From NCBI GenBank assembly GCA_014800535.1, contig JAAVFW010000024.1, forward strand, positions 681 to 64,680: 64,000 nucleotides of DNA, read 5' to 3'. Origin of the DNA: Bacteroidales bacterium. Its GTDB lineage: Bacteria; Bacteroidota; Bacteroidia; Bacteroidales; Muribaculaceae. Made by a program: the position numbers and the translations under genes. The notes beneath the pieces were generated by a model. The model searched no databases and was not told the DNA's origin. It worked only from the letters and a program-made list of their open reading frames with translations. Within the stretch, counting starts at the first letter, position 1, and each line of letters begins with the position of its first letter. Of the stretch, positions 38,491-49,096 are shown piece by piece.

Positions 38491-40020
38491 ATGGAACAAG
38501 AAGTAAGAGTACGCTTTGCACCCTCTCCCACCGGACCTCTTCATATCGGGGGAGTGCGCACCGCGCTTTTCAACTATCTCTTCGCACGCCATAATAATGG
38601 CAAGATGATTCTCCGAATTGAAGACACCGATAGCAAACGCTTTGTGCCCGGAGCTGAAGATTACATCAACGAATCTCTCGAATGGCTCGGCATCGGGATT
38701 GACGAGGGTGTGCGTGAAGGTGGCGAATACGGACCTTATAAACAGAGTGAACGCAGGGATATCTATCGTCAATATGTTAAGACCCTTCTCGACAACGGTA
38801 AGGCCTACATTGCGTTTGACACCCCGGAAGAACTTGAAGCAGCTCGTGCTGAGATTCCCAATTTCCAGTATGATGCGTCAACCCGCGGCAAAATGAGAAA
38901 CTCTCTCACAATGTCGGCTGAAGAAGTGAAAAAACTGATTGATGGAGGCGAACAATATGTTGTGCGTTTTCTCATCGAGCCTGACAAGGAAGTAAAAGTC
39001 AAGGACCTTATCCGCGGCGAAGTAGTGGTCAATTCATCTATTCTCGACGACAAGGTGCTCTACAAGAGTGCCGACGACCTTCCGACCTATCATCTGGCTA
39101 ATATCGTCGACGACCATCTGATGAAGGTCTCTCACGTCATTCGCGGTGAAGAATGGCTTCCTTCGGCTCCTCTCCATGTGCTTCTTTATGAGGCCTTCGG
39201 CTGGAGCGACACGATGCCCGCTTTCGTGCATCTACCTCTCCTTCTCAAACCTGTCGGCAACGGCAAGCTGTCAAAGCGCGACGGCGACAAACTCGGCTTC
39301 CCCGTTTTCCCGCTCGAATGGCATGACCCTGCTTCAGGCTCTGTTTCTTCAGGTTATCGTGAGCAAGGTTATCTGCCTGAGGCTGTGGTCAATTTCCTTG
39401 CCCTTCTCGGCTGGAATCCGGGCGACGATTCGGAACTGATGGATATGAACGAGTTGATTGAGAAATTCAGCTTTGCTCATTGCTCTAAGTCCGGTGCGAA
39501 ATTCGACTATCAGAAAGGTGCCTGGTTTAACCACGAATACCTGATGCGCAAAGGCGACGACGAGCTGGCAGAACTCTTCATGCCGATTCTTGACGAAAAA
39601 GTGCCCGGCCATAACTTCTCAAAAGAGTATGTGGCAAAAGCTCTCGGCATGGTGAAGGGTCGTGTCAACTTTGTCGGTGAACTATGGGATCAGGCTGATT
39701 TCTTCTTCAAGGCGCCTGAGGAATATGCACCGAAGGACATTAAGAAACGCTGGAAAGAAGAGACTCCGCGCATCATGGGAGAACTCATTGAGGTTCTTGA
39801 AGGAATCGACGACATGACATCGGCCAATGCCGAAAAAATTGTGCTTGACTGGATTGCCTCAAAAGAGTATCACCTCGGCAATGTCATGAATGCCTTCCGT
39901 CTCGCAGTGGTTGGAGCATGTCGCGGTCCGCACATGTTCGACATCACCGAGCTGATGCCGAAAGATGAAGTAATCGGCAGAATCCGCAAAGCAATCGAAG
40001 TCATCAAGCTCCCCGAATAA
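38491..40020 (+). CDS. gltX: Glutamate--tRNA ligase
   Basis: [32 protein letters not shown]. Confidence 0.98.
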   Translation: MEQEVRVRFAPSPTGPLHIGGVRTALFNYLFARHNNGKMILRIEDTDSKRFVPGAEDYINESLEWLGIGIDEGVREGGEYGPYKQSERRDIYRQYVKTLLDNGKAYIAFDTPEELEAARAEIPNFQYDASTRGKMRNSLTMSAEEVKKLIDGGEQYVVRFLIEPDKEVKVKDLIRGEVVVNSSILDDKVLYKSADDLPTYHLANIVDDHLMKVSHVIRGEEWLPSAPLHVLLYEAFGWSDTMPAFVHLPLLLKPVGNGKLSKRDGDKLGFPVFPLEWHDPASGSVSSGYREQGYLPEAVVNFLALLGWNPGDDSELMDMNELIEKFSFAHCSKSGAKFDYQKGAWFNHEYLMRKGDDELAELFMPILDEKVPGHNFSKEYVAKALGMVKGRVNFVGELWDQADFFFKAPEEYAPKDIKKRWKEETPRIMGELIEVLEGIDDMTSANAEKIVLDWIASKEYHLGNVMNAFRLAVVGACRGPHMFDITELMPKDEVIGRIRKAIEVIKLPE

Positions 40021-40083
40021 CCCCCCGCCGAAACAGCTACGCTGTTTCGACCCAAAGACACCGCAACCGCAACAAAACTAAAA

Positions 40084-40120
40084 AAGAGAGTGTATACCTT
40101 CTTCCGGCATACACTCTCTT
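40084..40120. terminator. Bidirectional terminator between gltX and the propeller genes
   Basis: AAGAGAGTGTAT...ATACACTCTCTT with a flanking A-run. Confidence 0.75.
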
Positions 40121-40138
40121 CATTATAGATATTATTCT

Positions 40139-41380
40139 TTATTTGACAACAATTTTGAAGGCGTCGGAAAGACCTTTCACAATATACATTCCCGAACCGG
40201 GCACCTCTATCTCACCCGACTTGGAATTGTCAATCAACCTTCCGGATATATCCCACACTGAGAAAGGAAGAGATGCGCTGTTTTTTATATTCCTGCCGTT
40301 GACAGAAAAGAAAGCTCTTTCTGCCACTTCCGTAATATCATTCTCATCATCCACAACCGGATTATAACCTCGGAGATTAAACGGAGACGTGCCGACACTG
40401 AGCGCCATGTGCCGATGTCTTGAAAAGTCAATCGCGCTGTAATAAACCATATATCCTCCCCTTACGCGAAGAATCGAAGCTCTGTAGATTGAACGGGAAT
40501 CAAATGCCGATTTATCAGAAGACCTACCGAGAATCTTAACAGGTTTGGAAAACTCTCCCGTCTTAAGATTCTGAGTCACATAATATAAATCAGCTGTATT
40601 GTGCGACCCACCCGGCTCAAACGCACATATAGCAAATTCCAGCAAATCGGGGTCATAATTGATAATATCATGGTGCCAGAGAGATAGATCTCCCTTATCA
40701 ATCGGTAAAATTTCAGGCTCTGACCAAACAGGCTTATCGTCTGTAATGTCAGCTGTAAGCATCACAATATCTGTCTGGTTGGAATAATAGAGATAATATT
40801 TTCCATCACGAATCATAATTACCGGCGACAGGATAGATTTTATGTTATTGTCGGATTCCAGCATCTTCTCAGTTTCAGTCCAGTTGATACCATCCTTGGT
40901 GGTGCGACGGCAAACATAAACCTTATGAGCCACCTGATCATGAGGACGCCACCAACATTCAAGTACACCCGTATCTTCCCTATACAGAAGATGTGTGTCG
41001 GAATTATACCCCACTTCAAACATGTCAAACAAAGGGTTTGACAGACCGGGCACATCCTCCCAATTTATTCCGTCGTTAGAGACTGCAATACACGGATTTT
41101 CAGCCTTTGTCTCTCCCAATGGATAGGGAGTGTAGGCCATCCAGAATTTATATCCATTCCATGGAGTCTTAAAATAAAGCACTTTGGGATGAATATTTTC
41201 ATTATTACCCAGATAGTTATTAAACTGAAGAGGAACAGTTGCATTTGGCCCGTCTGACAGATTTTCAGTCGAAGTGAAATCGAAAGCAGGTGGTTCGGCA
41301 TCAGCAGTGCATCCGGCCACCGAAACAGCGAGCAACCCAACTACAAAAAGCAGCAGTCGGATCTTATTCTTAAGCATCAT
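40139..41380 (-). CDS. Putative five-bladed beta-propeller glycoside hydrolase-like lipoprotein with T9SS CTD
   Basis: HPKV, ENPCIAVSNDGINW, NSDTHL, TKDGINW, WHHD, IYR motifs; lipobox VAG-C; C-terminus WDISGR...GMYIV...KIVVK. Confidence 0.6.
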   Translation of the reverse strand: MMLKNKIRLLLFVVGLLAVSVAGCTADAEPPAFDFTSTENLSDGPNATVPLQFNNYLGNNENIHPKVLYFKTPWNGYKFWMAYTPYPLGETKAENPCIAVSNDGINWEDVPGLSNPLFDMFEVGYNSDTHLLYREDTGVLECWWRPHDQVAHKVYVCRRTTKDGINWTETEKMLESDNNIKSILSPVIMIRDGKYYLYYSNQTDIVMLTADITDDKPVWSEPEILPIDKGDLSLWHHDIINYDPDLLEFAICAFEPGGSHNTADLYYVTQNLKTGEFSKPVKILGRSSDKSAFDSRSIYRASILRVRGGYMVYYSAIDFSRHRHMALSVGTSPFNLRGYNPVVDDENDITEVAERAFFSVNGRNIKNSASLPFSVWDISGRLIDNSKSGEIEVPGSGMYIVKGLSDAFKIVVK

Positions 41381-41411
41381 ATATAATTGCTTTTATATTA
41401 TTATTTAATTA

Positions 41412-42407
41412 TTATGGATGTTTTAGATTAAACGGCGTTTCCCCTATCATTATTGCAAGATGTCTATGCCATTTTTCATCTATCGCACTGTAATATATTA
41501 AATATTTATTATCAACCTTAAGAATTGACCCTCTGTAGATTGACCTATGATCAAAGGCTTTCGGATCTGACGACCGCGATATTATCTTCACAGGCTCCGT
41601 AAAGACTCCCTGACTCATATTCCCTTTTGAATAATATAGATCTGAACTGTTATTAGTCTCTCCCGGAGCTAACCCGTTAATTATAAATTCAAGCTCACCG
41701 TCATCATTCCTGATGACATCATGATGCCAAAACCTCAGATTCTTTTTAGGGATTGGCACTACCTTCGGCTCCGACCACTTAAATTCCTTACTCATGACAC
41801 TGCAATGAGTTTCATAAATAGAGTTGGAATCGGAGAAAAACATCACATAATTTCCATCTTCGACAATGACGGCAGGAGAAAGACGTCTCTCTTGAGTTTT
41901 TCCTGACGGAACAACCACTTCCGTCTCTTCCCAATTAATGCCATCCTTACTGACACGCCGGCAAATTAAATCTTTCTCAGGAACCTCGATAAATGCCCGC
42001 CACCAACATTCAATAATATCCTTATCTTCTCTATAAACCAGATGCGGGTCGGAATTATACCCGCTCTTAAATTCCCTGAACAGCGGATTTATATCCTTTC
42101 CAAGGGAAGTCCAATTTATTCCGTCGTTTGAAACAGCTATACATGGATTCTCACATTCAGTTTTCCCTTTGGGATAAGGGGAATAACTCATCCAATATTT
42201 ATAACCATTCCAAGGTGTTTCAAAATAAAGCACCTTGGGATGTATATTCTCTGAGTTTCCAAGATAATTCTTTACATTCAGAAGAAGTCCGGATTTATTG
42301 CTATCATTATCTGACAACAAATCAGAATCATCCGATGAACAAGATGACAGCATCCAAATGAATGCTGTCATCAGAAAAATCTTACTTATGATGTGTAATC
42401 GTTTCAA
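41412..42407 (-). CDS. Putative five-bladed beta-propeller glycoside hydrolase-like lipoprotein (paralog of the downstream gene)
   Basis: Same motifs; lipobox LSS-C; TTG start; no CTD. Confidence 0.6.
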   Translation of the reverse strand: MKRLHIISKIFLMTAFIWMLSSCSSDDSDLLSDNDSNKSGLLLNVKNYLGNSENIHPKVLYFETPWNGYKYWMSYSPYPKGKTECENPCIAVSNDGINWTSLGKDINPLFREFKSGYNSDPHLVYREDKDIIECWWRAFIEVPEKDLICRRVSKDGINWEETEVVVPSGKTQERRLSPAVIVEDGNYVMFFSDSNSIYETHCSVMSKEFKWSEPKVVPIPKKNLRFWHHDVIRNDDGELEFIINGLAPGETNNSSDLYYSKGNMSQGVFTEPVKIISRSSDPKAFDHRSIYRGSILKVDNKYLIYYSAIDEKWHRHLAIMIGETPFNLKHP

Positions 42408-42428
42408 GGCTTATATCCTCTTGTTGCG

Positions 42429-44405
<1,977 letters not shown>

Positions 44406-44658
44406 CTAAAAAAAGTCTTGCCGGACTTCTGTTTCATCCAATCCTACAAAACCGAATGAAACGACATTCCGGACGTTGCCGGACATCCTCTCTCCGTGTG
44501 TTTACAACTCATTTTTTCACGGGTTTCAAGAATATCCGTATGGACTACAAAATTACAAAATTTTTACGTCTTTTCAAAATCATTCAACCCTCATCGCCTC
44601 CTAAAAAATTTCCATTCCTTTTATTGGTTTTTTCTCTTATTATTTCTTACTTTTGCAG

Positions 44659-46209
44659 ATGTTTTCTAAGATTCTTAACCTATTGAGACTCGCTATTTCT
44701 GCAATAACCATCGTTTTTGCTTCAACGAATGTCTCAGCATACGAAATATCAGGAAAGGCCGCACTCTCGGCAACCGTGGGAAGCAACGACTTCGCTCCCT
44801 ACTATTTCACTGCAAATAACTTCGGCATACTGACCCAGTCGAAAGATATTCTTTTTAATGTTGGTGCTTTTCACCCTGTCGACTCCACTAAACGATTCTC
44901 CCACTCATGGGGCGCGGAGTTCTATGCGGGGGCTTCCTCAGCTGCGCCCTACCAATATTGGGATGCCGCTGCCAATCCCCCTGCCCTGACCGACAGAAAT
45001 GTGCGCCCGGCTTCTTTCTGGATTCAACAGCTTTGGGGAGAGATCAAATACCGACGCATCTTTGTGCAGGCAGGCATGAAACCTCACGCCTCCAAAATTC
45101 TTGACAACAAGCTCACCGGGGGCGACCTGGTGTGGAGCGGCAACGCAAGACCCGTGCCGGAAGTACGCGCCGGATTCATCGATTTTGTCGACATCCCCCT
45201 CACAAAACATTGGGTTCAGATTGAAGGTGTCATAAGTTATGATTGGTTCACCGACAACCGATGGTGTGAGGATCATTATAATTATTACAGCCAGCTGATT
45301 GCAACAGGACTGAAGATGTGTTACAAACGAATCTCTTTCCGCACAAACCCCGAAAAACCGTTTTTTGTGATTGCTTCCGCACAAAATGTCAGCACTTTCG
45401 GAGGCACCACCAAATATTATTATCGCGGCACTCTCTCGCGCGAGGTTCAAAATGGCAATCGGTTTGTTGATTATCTGGAAGCCCTTGTCCCCTTTCCTCA
45501 TGGAGGTGCCAAAGATGACTACTATCCGGGCGACAATAAAGGGTCGTGGGATCTTCGCGCAAACTATCGTTTCAAGAATAACGATGTTCTCTCGGCCTAT
45601 TTCCAATGGCTTTGGGAAGACAGTTCGGGCATGGCAAAGAAAAACGGCTGGGACGGTCTTTGGGGAATACAATATAGCCGTGGAGAAAAGGGATGGTTCA
45701 ATTCCGCTCTTATCGAATATCTTGACCTCACAAACATGAGCGGGCCTTTCATGTGGAACGCTCCCGACACTCCGGGCACAACCCTTGAGGGAAATCTCGC
45801 GGGGGGCGACAATTATTACAACAACACGTTCTACCGCGGTTACACCAACTATGGCATGACAATCGGCACTCCGATGGTCATGGGCACCGTCTTTCAGCTC
45901 AACGGCTCACAATTGCTTTGCCTGAACCGTGTGCGTGGCATCCACATTGCCGCAACCGGCAATATCGGTGCCAATATCGAATGGCTCGTCAAAGTTGGCT
46001 ATCGAAAAGCGTGGGGTGTCCCCGGCACGGTTTATATCCTTCATCCACACCACGCAACATCTTTCATGGCGGAAGCAACCTGGACTCCTGAGAAAAACAG
46101 AGGTTTTTCATTCAAAGCTCAGATCGGATTTGACAAAGGGAATATGCCTCAGAACTCTTTCGGATGTATGCTGAGCGTTGTTTTCGACAGAACATTTTTT
46201 AAACATTGA
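44659..46209 (+). CDS. Capsule assembly Wzi-family outer-membrane beta-barrel
   Basis: Signal peptide; SGNARPVPEVR, EDSSGM...DGLWG, DNYYNN..Y, NRV...H motifs; likely start ATG 44659. Confidence 0.75.
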   Translation: MFSKILNLLRLAISAITIVFASTNVSAYEISGKAALSATVGSNDFAPYYFTANNFGILTQSKDILFNVGAFHPVDSTKRFSHSWGAEFYAGASSAAPYQYWDAAANPPALTDRNVRPASFWIQQLWGEIKYRRIFVQAGMKPHASKILDNKLTGGDLVWSGNARPVPEVRAGFIDFVDIPLTKHWVQIEGVISYDWFTDNRWCEDHYNYYSQLIATGLKMCYKRISFRTNPEKPFFVIASAQNVSTFGGTTKYYYRGTLSREVQNGNRFVDYLEALVPFPHGGAKDDYYPGDNKGSWDLRANYRFKNNDVLSAYFQWLWEDSSGMAKKNGWDGLWGIQYSRGEKGWFNSALIEYLDLTNMSGPFMWNAPDTPGTTLEGNLAGGDNYYNNTFYRGYTNYGMTIGTPMVMGTVFQLNGSQLLCLNRVRGIHIAATGNIGANIEWLVKVGYRKAWGVPGTVYILHPHHATSFMAEATWTPEKNRGFSFKAQIGFDKGNMPQNSFGCMLSVVFDRTFFKH

Positions 46210-46229
46210 CCCCACTCTCCACCTGACCT

Positions 46230-46682
46230 ATGAAGAATTTCCTTTTCAAAATATCCGCTTTTTTCATAATCCTCATTTCCATGTCGATTCCTTCAGGCTG
46301 CACCCATGCCAACGGCGATATCGGGCCTCTCTTCGGCACCTGGGCTTTCGACAAAATAACAGTCGACGACAACCCGATTCCTGACTACACCGAGGGTCTG
46401 ATGATTTCCTTCCAAGGGAGTTTCTTTATCATCGACCGCGTTGAAATGGACCTCATTGAAAACTATCAGCGCATCTACGGGAAATGGGAACGTGAAGGCG
46501 ACACAATGACCTTCGACGGCAAGGAAGAGTATCTTGCCGGAACATTCCCCGAAGAATTAGGGGTTGCACCTAACGGTTCTTTCTCCGTCAGAGTAATTTC
46601 CGAATCAAATAAGGAGATGGTCTGGCAACGAATCGGCGACGACGGAAAAATATGGATCTATACTCTGCGGAAACTTATTTGA
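46230..46682 (+). CDS. Lipocalin-like lipoprotein
   Basis: PSG-C lipobox; NGDIG.L.G.W motif; C-terminal Y.LRK. Confidence 0.7.
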   Translation: MKNFLFKISAFFIILISMSIPSGCTHANGDIGPLFGTWAFDKITVDDNPIPDYTEGLMISFQGSFFIIDRVEMDLIENYQRIYGKWEREGDTMTFDGKEEYLAGTFPEELGVAPNGSFSVRVISESNKEMVWQRIGDDGKIWIYTLRKLI

Positions 46683-46716
46683 TCTACTTTTTGATTACAT
46701 GTTAACCTGATACACC

Positions 46717-48705
46717 ATGAACAATAACCTTCAGAAAAACCTTTCGGGAAACGAGCATAACCCTCGTGTCCTCGAATTGCTTTCACAGACATTCGACGAT
46801 GTGCAGTCGGCTGCCACAGAGATTATAAATCTCGAAGCAATCATGAACCTGCCGAAAGGCACCGAGCATTTTGTAGCTGACATCCACGGCGAACATGAAG
46901 CCTTCAGCCACATCCTCAGAAACGCATCGGGCAATATCAAACAAAAGGTCTACGAACTGTTCGGAAATTCCCTCCGCGAAGAAGACCTCCGTCAACTCTG
47001 CACTCTTATCTACTACCCCAAACGCAAACTGAACCACATTAAAAGCACCGAAAAGAATCTCGAAGACTTCTATCAGGTCACTCTTCATCAGCTTGTAAAA
47101 GTGCTTCAGCGCGTTTCCTCAAAGTACACCCGCTCCAAGGTCAGAAAGGCTCTTCCGAAGTCTTTCGCCTATATCATCGAAGAGCTCCTTCACCGCGAAC
47201 CGACAATCAACAAGCAGCCCTATTATAACCGAATCGTCGAGACCATTATCTCTACCGGTCAGGCTGACCAGTTCATCCACGCAATCTGCGATGTCATTCA
47301 GCGCCTGAGCATCGACCATCTTCACATCCTCGGCGACATTTATGACCGCGGTCCCGGTGCCCACATCATTATGGAGACTCTTCAGAAGTATCGCGATTAC
47401 GACATTCAATGGGGTAATCACGACGCGCTCTGGATGGGAGCTTGCGCAGGCAACGAGAGCTGTATCGCCAACGTGCTGCGAATCTCCTTGCGCTACGACA
47501 ACATGGCAACACTCGAAGACGGCTACGGCATTAACCTCGTGCCACTCGCAACCTTTGCCATGGAAGTCTACGGCGACGACCCTTGCAAGATTTTCGAGCC
47601 CAAGATTCCTTCAGATGACTCCGCACTTTCCCAGAAGAGCCGACAGCTCATTGCCAGAATGCACAAGGCGATCACCGTAATCCAGTTCAAGACTGAAGCC
47701 GCTCTCATCAACCGTCATCCGGAATGGAAAATGGACGACCGCAATCTCCTTCATCTCATCGACTTCGAGAAAGGAACAGTACATATCGACGGCAACGACT
47801 ACGAACTCCTCGACTACAATTTCCCGACAATCGACCCGAAAGACCCTTACAAGCTCACCGAAGAGGAGGAAGATTTGCTGAATAAACTCACCCATTCTTT
47901 CACATCGAGCGAAAATCTGCGTCGTCACATCTCGACCTTCCTCTCTCATGGCAACCTTTATGGAATCTACAATTCCAACCTTCTCTTCCACGCCTCCATC
48001 CCCATGAATGAAGACGGCTCACTGAAGAAAGTGAATATCCTCGGCAAGGAGCTTGCCGGCAAGGAGCTTCTCGACGAGTTAGGACTTGTCATGCGGGCAG
48101 CCTTTAATGAAGACTGTGAGGACGAGAAACGCGACTTTGCACGCGACTACTACTTCTATCTGTGGTGCGGTCCCGATTCACCTCTCTTCGACAAGTCAAA
48201 GATGGCAACCCTCGAACGCTATCTGACAACCGACAAAGGGGTGCAACACGAAGAAAAAGGGTTCTATTATAAGCTACGCAACCAGGAGGAATACTGCGAC
48301 AAGATTCTGGATGCCTTCGGAGTGACCGGCGAGCATCGTCACATCATCAACGGCCATGTCCCCGTCAAGGCAGGGAAAGGGGAAAACCCCATCAAGGCAA
48401 ACGGAAAGCTGATGGTAATCGACGGAGGTTTCTCAAAAGCCTACCACAACACCACAGGCATTGCCGGCTACACGCTCATCTACCGCAGCCGCGGCTTCGA
48501 GCTTGTGCAGCACGAGCCGTTCACAACGACAGAAGATGCGATTCTGAGTGGCACCGACATTCGCTCGACAACGAAGATTGTCGAGATTAACGCCCATCAT
48601 CTCTGTGTACGCGACACCGACAAAGGCACCGAGCTCCAAGAGCAGATCAACGAGCTGATGGAGCTTCTGAGAGCCTATCGCAACGGCACCGTCAAATCCC
48701 GATAA
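46717..48705 (+). CDS. fbp: Fructose-1,6-bisphosphatase class III
   Basis: EIINLEAIMNLPKGTEHF.ADIHGE, GDIYDRGP, QWGNHD, INGHVPVK, IDGGFSKAY. Confidence 0.95.
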   Translation: MNNNLQKNLSGNEHNPRVLELLSQTFDDVQSAATEIINLEAIMNLPKGTEHFVADIHGEHEAFSHILRNASGNIKQKVYELFGNSLREEDLRQLCTLIYYPKRKLNHIKSTEKNLEDFYQVTLHQLVKVLQRVSSKYTRSKVRKALPKSFAYIIEELLHREPTINKQPYYNRIVETIISTGQADQFIHAICDVIQRLSIDHLHILGDIYDRGPGAHIIMETLQKYRDYDIQWGNHDALWMGACAGNESCIANVLRISLRYDNMATLEDGYGINLVPLATFAMEVYGDDPCKIFEPKIPSDDSALSQKSRQLIARMHKAITVIQFKTEAALINRHPEWKMDDRNLLHLIDFEKGTVHIDGNDYELLDYNFPTIDPKDPYKLTEEEEDLLNKLTHSFTSSENLRRHISTFLSHGNLYGIYNSNLLFHASIPMNEDGSLKKVNILGKELAGKELLDELGLVMRAAFNEDCEDEKRDFARDYYFYLWCGPDSPLFDKSKMATLERYLTTDKGVQHEEKGFYYKLRNQEEYCDKILDAFGVTGEHRHIINGHVPVKAGKGENPIKANGKLMVIDGGFSKAYHNTTGIAGYTLIYRSRGFELVQHEPFTTTEDAILSGTDIRSTTKIVEINAHHLCVRDTDKGTELQEQINELMELLRAYRNGTVKSR

Positions 48706-48796
48706 TCCCGCAAGCCGGAGCTTTCGCTCCGGCTCCCACCCAGTCAGAGCTTTCGCTCTGACCCCAAGCCGAAGGCGCAGCAAAGCCGAAAGACCC
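48706..48796. repeat. Cluster of short GC-rich REP-like hairpins
   Basis: AGCCGGAGC-TTTC-GCTCCGGCT (48713-48734), GTCAGAGC-TTTC-GCTCTGAC (48743-48762), GCC-GAA-GGC. Confidence 0.75.
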
Positions 48797-49032
48797 CAAG
48801 CTCAATCAGGATTAATTTGATTAATCTTGATTGAGCTTGTTAAATCATGATTAATCATGAAAATCAAGATTAATCATGAGAAGCCTGAATAATCTTGAAT
48901 AATCATGATTCTCAAGCCTAATCAAGCCAACTCAGGCCAATTCAAGAAAACTCAAGCCAATTCAAGCCAATTCAAGCCAATTCAAGCCTAATCAAGCCAA
49001 TTCAAGAAAAATCAAGCCTAATCAGGCTTGAG
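48797..49032. repeat. 20-bp hairpin followed by a degenerate 10-bp-period tandem array
   Basis: CAAGCTCAATCAGGATTAAT-TTG-ATTAATCTTGATTGAGCTTG; AATCATGATT-type units, then (T/C/A)TCAAGCCAA units. Confidence 0.85.
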
Positions 49033-49075
49033 AAAAAAAGAGAGGGCAGCCCGGATGGGCTGCCCTCTTCTTTTT
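49033..49075. terminator. Bidirectional intrinsic terminator
   Basis: A-run, AGAGGGCAGCCC-GGAT-GGGCTGCCCTCT, T-run. Confidence 0.9.
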
Positions 49076-49096
49076 AGGGATCAGTCGCGTTTCAGA

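Noticed and set aside
48433-48783. 116-aa minus-strand ORF starting in the hairpin cluster
   Set aside because: Antisense to fbp; its N-terminus is just translated palindromes.
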